DNA of 64,000 nt from Rhodobacter sp. (GTDB taxonomy: Bacteria > Pseudomonadota > Alphaproteobacteria > Rhodobacterales > Rhodobacteraceae). The position numbers and the translations under genes are program-made. Location of the stretch: the NCBI GenBank assembly GCA_048262455.1, contig JBLXFD010000018.1:7030-71029 (forward strand), written 5' to 3'. The notes under the pieces were generated by a model, which had not been told where the DNA came from, did no database searches, and saw only the letters and a list, made by a program, of their open reading frames with translations. Shown piece after piece: positions 15,552-23,549 of the stretch (position 1 is the first letter of the stretch; the number at the start of each line of letters is the position of its first letter).

Positions 15552-16864
15552 GCGACCTGGCCTACGGGCTGATGATGTTCGGCGCCATGTTCGGCCTGAT
15601 CGTGCTGCGCTTTCCGATCGCGCTGGCGATGGCGCTGGTGGGGGGCATCGGCTACGTCGAGTACAATTCCTTCCACGCCCTCAGCCAATTCGTGAAATCC
15701 TCGGTGGTCGGCAAGACCTCGAACTACACGCTGTCGGTGATCCCGCTGTTCATCCTGATGGGCCACTTCGCCACCCGCGCCGGGCTCAGCGCCTCGCTGT
15801 TCGAGTTCGCGCGCTACTGGGTCGGGCACATCCGCGGCGGCCTCGCCATGGCAACCATCGTCGCCTGCGGCGCCTTCGGGGCGATCTGCGGGTCCTCGCT
15901 GGCCACCGGCGCCACCATGAGCCGGATCGCCCTGCCGGAGATGCGCGCCTCGGGCTACGCGCCCACGCTGTCGGGGGGCGCGCTGGCGGCGGGCGGGACG
16001 CTGGGCATCCTGATCCCGCCCTCGATCATCCTGGTGATCTACGCGGTGATTGCCGAGCAGAGCATCGGCAAGCTGTTCATGGCGGCGCTGCTGCCCGGCC
16101 TACTGGCCATCGCGCTCTACATCGCGGTGATCGGCGTGGTCACCTTACTGAACCCGCGCCTCGGCCCCGCCGGGCCGCGGGCCGGCTGGGGGGCGCGGAT
16201 GCGGTCGCTCTGGTCGATCTGGGTGGTGCTGGCGCTGTTCCTGGTGGTGGTGGGCGGCATCTACGGCGGCTTCTTCACCCCGACCGAGGGCGCCTCGGTG
16301 GGGGTGGTGGCGACGCTGTTCATCATGGCCGTGAAGCGTCAGGCCAGCCTCGAGAACATCACCGCCTCGATCCTCGAGACCGGCAAGACCACCGGGCTGA
16401 TCATGCTGATCCTTGTGGCGGCCGAGGTCTACAACAGCTTTCTCGCGATGAACGGCCTGCCGCAGACGCTGGCGCGGACGCTGGCGGAATACCAGCTGTC
16501 GCCGATCCTGCTGCTGTTCGGGATGCTGGCGATCTACCTGGCGCTGGGCTGCGTGATGGATTCCATCTCTATGATCCTTTTGACGGTGCCGGTCTTCCTG
16601 CCGCTGGTGCTGTCGCTCGACTTGGGCATGAGCCAGGAGGCGGCGGCGATCTGGTTCGGGGTGCTGGCGCTGATCGTGGTGGAGATGGGGCTGATCACCC
16701 CGCCCATCGGGCTGAACGTCTTCATCATCGCCGCCTCGGACCCCGAGACGCGGGTGCAGGATGCCTTCGTCGGGGTCCTGCCCTTCCTGGTCAGCGACAT
16801 CCTGCGGGTGGCGGCGATCATCTTCCTGCCGGGGCTGGTGCTCTGGCTGCCGGGGCTGATGTAG
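15548..16864 (+). CDS. dctM: TRAP transporter large permease (DctM family)
   Basis: Polytopic membrane protein starting MSDLAYGLMMFGAMFGLIVLRFPIALAM. The internal ATG 15548 is coupled to the dctQ stop. Confidence 0.9.
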   Translation: MSDLAYGLMMFGAMFGLIVLRFPIALAMALVGGIGYVEYNSFHALSQFVKSSVVGKTSNYTLSVIPLFILMGHFATRAGLSASLFEFARYWVGHIRGGLAMATIVACGAFGAICGSSLATGATMSRIALPEMRASGYAPTLSGGALAAGGTLGILIPPSIILVIYAVIAEQSIGKLFMAALLPGLLAIALYIAVIGVVTLLNPRLGPAGPRAGWGARMRSLWSIWVVLALFLVVVGGIYGGFFTPTEGASVGVVATLFIMAVKRQASLENITASILETGKTTGLIMLILVAAEVYNSFLAMNGLPQTLARTLAEYQLSPILLLFGMLAIYLALGCVMDSISMILLTVPVFLPLVLSLDLGMSQEAAAIWFGVLALIVVEMGLITPPIGLNVFIIAASDPETRVQDAFVGVLPFLVSDILRVAAIIFLPGLVLWLPGLM

Positions 16865-16883
16865 CGACGGGTGACGGGGGGCC

Positions 16884-17345
16884 GTAGGGCGGGGTTCGCC
16901 CACCATTGCGCAACACCAGCCTGCCAGTGGGGTGGCGCCGCCTTCCTCGGAGGTAGGCGATTAATACCAGCCAAGTCCGTGCGCAGAATGAGCGTTGCTC
17001 TGCGGCCCCCACAGCGCCAGCCCGCCGGGACGGGCAGGCGCTCGCCCCCGCGCCTTCGGCTTGTTCGGGGGCTGGTCAGTGCTTCGTTCGAGCGGGCGTA
17101 GGGCGGGGTTCACCCCGCCACCGCACAACACCAGCCTGCCCGTGGGGTGGCGCTAACAACCTATGCCATGAGCACTTTATCCCAGCCAAACCCGCGCGCA
17201 GAATGAGCGGTGCCCTGCGGCCCCCAAAGCGCCAGCCCGCCGGGACGGGCAGGCGCTCGCCCCGCGCCTTCGGCTTGTCCGGGGCGCATCATCGCCTCGT
17301 TCGAGCGGACGTAGGCGGGGTTCACCCCGCCACCGCGCAACACCA
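16884..17345 (+). repeat. REP/BIME-like repeat array B (two tandem ~213-nt units, opposite orientation to arrays A and C)
   Basis: GTAG hairpins at 16884-16904 (degenerate), 17098-17119 (GTAGGGCGGGGTTCACCCCGCC) and 17311-17331. Counted spacings are 214 and 213 nt. Confidence 0.85.
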
Positions 17346-17427
17346 GTCCCCCGTAAAACCCGTACACATATCGACAATCCCCGCTGTTCAAGGCAGTGTC
17401 CCGCGCGACGAACAATGAAGGTATCCG

Positions 17428-18597
17428 ATGCGCACACAGGTCTGTATCATCGGCGGCGGCCCCTCGGGCCTGTTGCTGTCGCAACTTCTTCACCTCAAGG
17501 GCATCGACACCGTGGTGCTGGAACGGCGCAGCCGCGACTACGTGCTGTCGCGGATCCGTGCGGGGGTGCTGGAGAGCGGCACGGTCGACCTGCTGCGCGA
17601 GGCCGAGGTGGGCGAGCGGATGGACCGGCTGGGCATCGTCGATGACGGCATCGTCCTGTCCAGCGACAACCGCGCCTTCCGCATCGACGTACAGGCGCTG
17701 ACCGGCAAGGCGATGATGGTCTGGGGCCAGACCGAGATCACCCAGGATCTCTACGACGCCCGCGACCGCATGGGCGGCAATGTCATCACCGAGGCAGAAG
17801 GCGTCGAACCGCACGGCCTGGAAAGCGGCGCCCCCTTCGTCACCTACGTGAAGGACGGCACCGAGCACCGGATCGACTGCGACTGGATCGCCGGCTGCGA
17901 CGGCTTTCACGGGGTCAGCCGCCGCTCGATCCCCGAGGGCGTGCTGAAGGAGTTCGAGCGGGTCTATCCCTTCGGCTGGCTCGGCATCCTGTCCGAGACG
18001 CCCCCCGTGACCCACGAGATCCTCTATGCCTCGCACCAGCGCGGCTTCGCCCTCGCCTCTCTGCGCAACGAGAACCTCAGCCGCTACTACGTGCAGGTGC
18101 CGGCGGGCGAGGACGTGGCGAACTGGACCGACGACCGCTTCTGGGAAGAGTTCCGCCTGCGCATCCCCGAGGAGATGGCCGCCCGCCTCGTCACCGGCGC
18201 CTCGGTGGAAAAGTCTATCGCACCGCTGCGGTCCTTCGTGGCCGAACCCATGCGCTGGGGCCGGCTGTTCCTGGTGGGCGATGCCGCGCATATCGTGCCG
18301 CCGACCGGGGCCAAGGGGCTGAACCTTGCCGCCTCGGACGTGCGCTATCTCTACCGGGCGCTCTGCGCGCACTACCTCGACAAGGACGATACCGGGGTGG
18401 AGACCTACGCGCAGACCGCCACCGACCGGGTGTGGAAGGCCACGCGTTTCTCCTGGTGGTTCACCACGATGATGCACCGCTTCCCCGACCAGTCGGCCTT
18501 CGAGCGGCGGATGCAGGAGACCGAACTGGCCTTCCTCGAAAGCTCCGAGGCGGCGCAGACCGCGCTGGCGGAGAACTACGTGGGACTGCCCTTCTAG
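17428..18597 (+). CDS. pobA: 4-hydroxybenzoate 3-monooxygenase
   Basis: IIGGGPSGLLLSQLL FAD fold. Colinear PobA motifs: RIRAGVLE.GTVDLL, CDGFHGVSR and GRLFLVGDAAHIVPPTGAKGLNLA. Confidence 0.9.
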   Translation: MRTQVCIIGGGPSGLLLSQLLHLKGIDTVVLERRSRDYVLSRIRAGVLESGTVDLLREAEVGERMDRLGIVDDGIVLSSDNRAFRIDVQALTGKAMMVWGQTEITQDLYDARDRMGGNVITEAEGVEPHGLESGAPFVTYVKDGTEHRIDCDWIAGCDGFHGVSRRSIPEGVLKEFERVYPFGWLGILSETPPVTHEILYASHQRGFALASLRNENLSRYYVQVPAGEDVANWTDDRFWEEFRLRIPEEMAARLVTGASVEKSIAPLRSFVAEPMRWGRLFLVGDAAHIVPPTGAKGLNLAASDVRYLYRALCAHYLDKDDTGVETYAQTATDRVWKATRFSWWFTTMMHRFPDQSAFERRMQETELAFLESSEAAQTALAENYVGLPF

Positions 18598-18615
18598 GGC
18601 GGAAACGGAGGCCAG

Positions 18616-19728
18616 ATGACCCGCACCGCCTTCTTCTGGGACGAACGCTGCTTCTGGCATTCCGGCGGCAACTACGCGCTGACCTTCCCCGTCGGCGGGC
18701 TGGTGCAACCGCTGGCGGCGGGCGGGCTGCCGGAAAGCCCCGAGACCAAGCGGCGGCTGAAGAACCTGCTGGAGGTGACGGGCCTCTGGGGAGAGCTGGA
18801 CACCCGCGGCGCCGAACCCGCCACCCGGGAGGAGCTGGAGCGGGTGCATCCGCCAGCCTTCCTCGACCGGTTCAAGCAGGTCTCCGACGCCGGCGGCGGC
18901 GAGATCGGGCTGCGCACCCCCTTCGGCCGCGGCGGCTACGAGATCGCCGCGCTTTCGGCCGGGCTGGCGCGCGGGGCGCTGCTGCACGTGCTGGAAGGCC
19001 GCGCCCGCAACGCCTACGCCCTGTCGCGCCCGCCGGGGCACCATTGCCTGCCCGACTGGCCCAACGGCTTCTGCCTGCTGGCCAACATTCCCGTTGCAAT
19101 CCGCGCCGCCCGCGCCGCCGGGCTGGCCCGGCGGGTGGCGGTGGTGGACTGGGACGTGCACCACGGCAACGGGACAGAGGCGATCTTTCTCGACGATCCC
19201 GAAACGCTGACCGTCTCGATCCACCAGGAACACAACTACCCGCTGGACACCGGCGAGGTGGAGGTGACCGGCGAAGGCGAGGCCGCCGGCACCAACATGA
19301 ACATCCCCCTGCCCCCCGGCGCCGGGCACGACACCTATCTTGAGGCGATGGAGCGGCTGGTGCTGCCCGCGCTGCGCCGCTTCCGCCCCGACGTGATCAT
19401 CGTCGCCTGCGGCTTCGACGCCTCGGCCTTCGACCCGCTGGGCCGGATGATGTGCACCTCGGACACCTTCCGGCAGATGACCGCGCAGATGATGGCGGCG
19501 GCCGAGGATCTGTGCGGTGGCCGGCTGCTGCTGGTGCACGAGGGCGGCTATTCCGAGGCGCACGTGCCGTTCTGCGGTCACGCGGTGCTGGAGGAGTTGA
19601 GCGGCAGCGCCATTCGCGCCCCCGACCCGCTGGCCGAGACGCTGGCGATCCGCCAGCCCAACGCGCGGATGCGGCAGGCGCTGAGCGATTACTTGACAGA
19701 TTTGGTCGATTACTTTTCCCTGCGCTGA
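18616..19728 (+). CDS. Histone deacetylase-family amidohydrolase (acetoin utilisation / acetylpolyamine amidohydrolase-like)
   Basis: Motifs RPPGHH, DWDVHHGNGTE and ACGFDA. A GGAGG motif lies upstream of ATG 18616. Confidence 0.8.
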   Translation: MTRTAFFWDERCFWHSGGNYALTFPVGGLVQPLAAGGLPESPETKRRLKNLLEVTGLWGELDTRGAEPATREELERVHPPAFLDRFKQVSDAGGGEIGLRTPFGRGGYEIAALSAGLARGALLHVLEGRARNAYALSRPPGHHCLPDWPNGFCLLANIPVAIRAARAAGLARRVAVVDWDVHHGNGTEAIFLDDPETLTVSIHQEHNYPLDTGEVEVTGEGEAAGTNMNIPLPPGAGHDTYLEAMERLVLPALRRFRPDVIIVACGFDASAFDPLGRMMCTSDTFRQMTAQMMAAAEDLCGGRLLLVHEGGYSEAHVPFCGHAVLEELSGSAIRAPDPLAETLAIRQPNARMRQALSDYLTDLVDYFSLR

Positions 19729-19755
19729 GCACTTTCCCCTTTAACGGAGCCTCCC

Positions 19756-20334
19756 ATGCCCGAACAGAACCCGGCCGCGCTGGACTTTCTGCTGACCCGC
19801 CGCTCGCGCCCCGCCAAGACGCTCTGCGGCCCCGGCCCGGACCGCGACACCCTGCGCACCCTGCTGACCGCCGCCGCCCGCACCCCGGACCACGGCAAGC
19901 TGGAGCCTTGGCGCTTCGTGGTGCTGGAGCAGCCTGCGATGGCGCGGCTGGCGCAGACGATTCCGGACCACGGCGCCCGCCTTGGCCAGCCGCAGGACAA
20001 GATCGAGAAAACCCAGGGGGAATACGCCAACAGCTGCCTCGCCGTGGCGGTCGTGTCCTCGCCCAAGCCCTCGGACAAGATCCCCGAGATCGAGCAGGTC
20101 TATTCCGCCGGCGCCGTCTGCCTTGCCCTGCTGAACGCCGCGCTGGCGGCGGGCTGGGGCGCCAACTGGCTGTCGGGCTGGCCCAGCCACGACCCGCGCT
20201 TCTGCGCCGAGGCGCTGGGGCTGGCCGCGCATGAAAAGGTTGCCGGAATGATCCACATCGGCACCGAAACCTCCGCCCCGCCCGAGCGCCCGCGCCCGGA
20301 CATCGAGGCCCTCACCACCTGGATCGAAACGTGA
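19756..20334 (+). CDS. Nitroreductase-family protein
   Basis: 192 aa with N-terminal LDFLLTRRSRPAK and a size and profile typical of the nitroreductase fold. The stop overlaps the next gene's GTG (GTGA). Confidence 0.65.
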   Translation: MPEQNPAALDFLLTRRSRPAKTLCGPGPDRDTLRTLLTAAARTPDHGKLEPWRFVVLEQPAMARLAQTIPDHGARLGQPQDKIEKTQGEYANSCLAVAVVSSPKPSDKIPEIEQVYSAGAVCLALLNAALAAGWGANWLSGWPSHDPRFCAEALGLAAHEKVAGMIHIGTETSAPPERPRPDIEALTTWIET

Positions 20335-21053
20335 TCTTCGCCGACTTCCTGCGCGCCCTGTCGCAGCTGGGCGACCGGCGCTTCCGGCGCGTGCTCTGGC
20401 TGGGGCTGGGGCTGACGGTGGCGCTGCTGTTCGGCGTCTACGCGGTGTTCCTCGGGCTGGTGAACTGGATGACCCCAGACACCGTGGTGATCCCGGTGAT
20501 CGGCGAGGTGACATGGGTCGACGACCTGCTGTCCTTCGGCTCCATCGCGCTGATGCTGGGGCTGTCGGTCTTCCTGATGGTGCCCGTGGCCTCGGCCTTC
20601 ACCGGCATCTTCCTGGAGGACGTGGCCCAGGCGGTGGAGGACCGGCACTACCCCGGCCTGCCCCCCGCCCCGCGCCTGCCCTGGACCGAGGTGCTGGCGG
20701 ACACGCTGAACTTCCTCGGCCTGCTGATCCTCGCCAACGGCATCGCCTTCGTGATGGCGCTGTTCTTCGTGCCGCTGGCGCCGTTCATCTTCTACGGCAC
20801 CAACGGGATGCTGCTGGGGCGGGAATACTTCCAGCTGGCGGCGATGCGGCGGCTGGGCCGCGCCGGCGCGCGCGAGGCCTACCGGCGGAACCTGCCGGCG
20901 ATCTGGATGGCGGGCACCATGATGGCGGTGCCGCTGTCGGTGCCGCTGGTGAACCTGATCATCCCGATCCTCGGGGCCGCGACCTTCACCCACCTGTTCC
21001 ATCGGACACAGGGCAATCGCCCCGAGAGAACAGATCAAAGTCGCATACGGTGA
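20331..21053 (+). CDS. EI24/CysZ-like membrane protein
   Basis: 240-aa polytopic membrane protein whose N-terminus (FLRALSQLGDRRFRRVLWLGLGLT) resembles the CysZ/EI24 family. The family call rests on pattern recognition only. Confidence 0.55.
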   Translation: MIFADFLRALSQLGDRRFRRVLWLGLGLTVALLFGVYAVFLGLVNWMTPDTVVIPVIGEVTWVDDLLSFGSIALMLGLSVFLMVPVASAFTGIFLEDVAQAVEDRHYPGLPPAPRLPWTEVLADTLNFLGLLILANGIAFVMALFFVPLAPFIFYGTNGMLLGREYFQLAAMRRLGRAGAREAYRRNLPAIWMAGTMMAVPLSVPLVNLIIPILGAATFTHLFHRTQGNRPERTDQSRIR

Positions 21054-21279
21054 TGATCCCCGACAGGATGATCCCCGCGATCACCGCCCAGAGAACCGCC
21101 GAGACCAGCGTCACGATGATGAACTTGCGCTTGAGGTGATGCACCTCGGGCGAGCCGGCCATGGTGCCGGGCACGATCTTGCCCGTGTCGCCCTGGGTGG
21201 TCAGCCGCAGCGGCAGCACCACGAAAAGCGTCATGAACCAGATGACGGCGTAGAGCACGAGACCCGAGGTGATGCCCAT
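20986..21279 (-). CDS. DUF1467-family small membrane protein
   Basis: Two-TM small protein (MGITSGLVLYAVIWFMTLFVVLP..) immediately downstream of mce, as is typical in alphaproteobacteria. ATG 21279 overlaps the mce stop by 1 nt (TGATG). Confidence 0.6.
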   Translation of the reverse strand: MGITSGLVLYAVIWFMTLFVVLPLRLTTQGDTGKIVPGTMAGSPEVHHLKRKFIIVTLVSAVLWAVIAGIILSGIITVCDFDLFSRGDCPVSDGTGG

Positions 21280-21683
21280 CACGCCTGCTCCAGCTCGATC
21301 AGGGTGCCGTCGAAGTCCTTGGGATGCAGGAACAGCACCGGCTTGCCATGGGCCCCGATCCGCGCCTCGCCATCCCCCAGCACCCGCGCGCCCGAGGCCT
21401 TCAGGCGGTCGCGCGCGGCGATGATGTCATCCACCTCGTAGCAGATGTGGTGGATGCCGCCGGCGGGGTGCTTTTCGAGAAAGCCGGCAATGGGAGAGCC
21501 CTCGCCCAGCGGGTGCAGCAGCTCGATCTTGGTGTTCGGCAGTTCGATGAAGACCACCGTCACCCCGTGCTCGGGCTCGTCCTGCGGCGGGTTGACCTTG
21601 GCGCCAAGGGTGTCGCGGTACTGCGCCGAGGCGGCCTCGAGGTCGGGAACGGCGATGGCGACGTGGTTGAGGCGGCCGATCAT
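21279..21683 (-). CDS. mce: Methylmalonyl-CoA epimerase (VOC family)
   Basis: 134 aa from the internal ATG 21683 (AGGAGA upstream): MIGRLNHVAIAVPDL .. GGIHHICYEV .. VLFLHPKD. Confidence 0.8.
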   Translation of the reverse strand: MIGRLNHVAIAVPDLEAASAQYRDTLGAKVNPPQDEPEHGVTVVFIELPNTKIELLHPLGEGSPIAGFLEKHPAGGIHHICYEVDDIIAARDRLKASGARVLGDGEARIGAHGKPVLFLHPKDFDGTLIELEQA

Positions 21684-21858
21684 GCGGGTCTCCTGCAGGG
21701 TCCTGCCCCTGACATGGCGCAGCCGGCGCGGGATTTCCAGCACCGCGGCGCCGGCGGGCCGATTTGCCGCAAGATGGGCGGCGGCCTGCAGCGCGCTTAA
21801 CCGGTGATTCACGCTTTGCGCGCAATCTCGGTGGCAGATGGTGAAAGGGAGACCACCG

Positions 21859-22572
21859 ATGCCGACGCTCGACACACCCTTCGCGCCTCACCCCACCGCC
21901 GCGCGGCCGCTGACCGGCCTGACGGTGCTGGTGGTCGAGGACAGCCGCTTCGCCTCGGAGGCGGTGCGCCTGCTGTGCCTGAAAAGCGGCGCGCGCATCC
22001 GCCGGGCGGACAGCCTGGGCGCGGCGCAGCGGCACCTGACGGTCTACCTGCCCAGCGTGGTGATCGTCGACCTGGGGCTGCCCGACGGCTCCGGCACCGA
22101 CCTGATCCGCCAGCTTGCCGGCGCGGCGCAGCGGATCCCGGTGATCCTGGCCACCACCGGCGACGACCGCATGCTGGTGGCAGCGATGGACGCGGGTGCG
22201 GACGGCGCACTTTCCAAGCCGATCGAAAGCCTCGGCGTGTTCCAGCGGGCGGTGCTGGACGTGCTGCCGCCGGACCAGCAGCCCGTCGGCCTGCGGCTCG
22301 CCCCGTCCGAGGTGGTCTCTCCCGACCCGCTGGCCTTTCACGACGATCTCGCCCACGTGGCCGAGGTGCTGCGCGTCAATCCCGACGGACGCACCCTCGA
22401 CTACGCGGTGCGCTTCCTCGCCGGGGTGGCCCGCAGCGCCCATGACGACATCCTCGAACAGGCGGCGCAGTCGGTCGCCCGCCGCCGCGACCGGGGCCAG
22501 TCGGTGGGGCAGGACCTGGCGCGGGTCGCCGGGCTGCTGCAGGACCGGCTGGGGAACCGCGCGCTGATCTGA
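21859..22572 (+). CDS. Response regulator: receiver domain plus uncharacterised C-terminal domain
   Basis: Receiver motifs VLVVEDS, VVIVDLGLPDGSG, ILATTG and LSKPI. The C-terminal ~100 aa contain no motif I recognise. ATG 21859 follows GGGAGA. Confidence 0.75.
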   Translation: MPTLDTPFAPHPTAARPLTGLTVLVVEDSRFASEAVRLLCLKSGARIRRADSLGAAQRHLTVYLPSVVIVDLGLPDGSGTDLIRQLAGAAQRIPVILATTGDDRMLVAAMDAGADGALSKPIESLGVFQRAVLDVLPPDQQPVGLRLAPSEVVSPDPLAFHDDLAHVAEVLRVNPDGRTLDYAVRFLAGVARSAHDDILEQAAQSVARRRDRGQSVGQDLARVAGLLQDRLGNRALI

Positions 22573-22657
22573 TCCCCGCGTTTTTGCCGCCCCTGCCGTC
22601 TTGGCGCCGCGCCGTCACGGGCTAGCTTGGGCGGCAACACACAAAGGGGAAAACGGC

Positions 22658-23134
22658 ATGCCGACGATCTACGAGGCGATCAAGAAGGACCACGACGAGC
22701 ACCGCGCGCTGCTGGAGCGGATCGGGAAGACCGAGGGCGACAGCGACGACCGGCGCGAGGCCTGGAAGACCTTCTACGAAGACGTGAAAAGCCACGCGGC
22801 GGCGGAGGAAGAGACCTTCTATTCCAAGCTGCTGTCGAAGACCTGGGGCCAGGACGCCGCGCGCCATTCCGTGGCCGAGCACAAGGAGCTGGACGACCTG
22901 CTGGAAGAGCTGAACGAGATGGACATGTCCTCCTCCGGCTGGCTGAACAAGTTCCGCACGCTGGAGCATGACTACCTTCACCACATCGAGGAGGAGGAGG
23001 AGGACGTCTTCAGCCGCGCCAAGGAGGAGATCGACGACAGCGAGATCGAGGGCTACGGCGAGCGTTTCCTTGCCCGCAAGAAGGAAGAGCGCGGGCTGAT
23101 CGACGAGAAGCGCGAGGACAGCCTGGAGGATTGA
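22658..23134 (+). CDS. Hemerythrin (HHE cation-binding) domain protein
   Basis: His/Glu-rich helices IKKDHDEHRAL, HAAAEEETFY, EHKELDDLL and HHIEEEEEDVF. ATG 22658 follows AAGGGGA. Confidence 0.7.
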   Translation: MPTIYEAIKKDHDEHRALLERIGKTEGDSDDRREAWKTFYEDVKSHAAAEEETFYSKLLSKTWGQDAARHSVAEHKELDDLLEELNEMDMSSSGWLNKFRTLEHDYLHHIEEEEEDVFSRAKEEIDDSEIEGYGERFLARKKEERGLIDEKREDSLED

Positions 23135-23233
23135 GCGCGGCGTTTCGGGCAACGCGCCCGGTGTCGCGGTGGAGGGGGGCGCTGCCCCCCGCCGCCTGCG
23201 GCGTCTCCCCCCGGGATGTATTTGGACCAGAAG

Positions 23234-23255
23234 AAGCCGGGAAGAGCGGCTTTTT
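23234..23255 (+). terminator. Weak hairpin plus T-run downstream of the hemerythrin gene
   Basis: AAGCCG-ggaagag-CGGCTT followed by TTTGG. The stem is only 6 bp. Confidence 0.35.
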
Positions 23256-23396
23256 GGAAGGTGGCGCCTTTTCGGGGGCGCGGCGATGCGTGTCTTTTGC
23301 ACCACAGTGGCGGCGAACGGCGCCCCGTGGTGACAAAATGCTGCCCCATTTCCCTGCCACGCTCCGCATAGTGCGGAGGGGGAGAGGGGCTACGTC

Positions 23397-23549
23397 ATGC
23401 ATCAGTCATTTTCGAAACTCGTCGATTGGGCCGTTCTCGCGCTTGGCGCGGCGGCCCTGATCTCTGCCATCGCCGCCACTGCGGTGCAGCGGGTGCAGGC
23501 GGACGCGGGCACCCCGCCGGCCGCCGCCGCGCCGGTGCTGCCGGTCTAA
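23397..23549 (+). CDS. Possible 50-aa single-TM protein (below the ORF-track size cutoff)
   Basis: The ATG is preceded by GGAGGGGGAGAGGGG. It encodes MHQSFSKLVDWAVLALGAAALISAIAATAVQRVQADAGTPPAAAAPVLPV. The TAA stop overlaps the convergent DUF1501 stop by 4 nt. Confidence 0.3.
   Translation: MHQSFSKLVDWAVLALGAAALISAIAATAVQRVQADAGTPPAAAAPVLPV

Noticed and set aside
12657-17345. CRISPR-array interpretation of the regularly spaced hairpin repeats
   Set aside because: The 'spacers' are themselves conserved between loci. The unit sizes (115 and 213 nt) are far from CRISPR repeat-spacer periodicity. The repeats carry the GTAG-palindrome REP signature. No cas genes are present.
7748-18597. Aromatic-acid island as a mobile element or genomic island
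   Set aside because: I recognised no integrase, transposase, tRNA attachment site or direct-repeat borders, and composition looks like the rest of the window. Only the REP arrays flank it, and those are not evidence of horizontal mobility by themselves.
17161-19581. 806-aa minus-strand ORF opposite pobA and the deacetylase-family gene
   Set aside because: Same artefact. It also begins inside repeat array B, and the plus-strand genes carry unambiguous family motifs.
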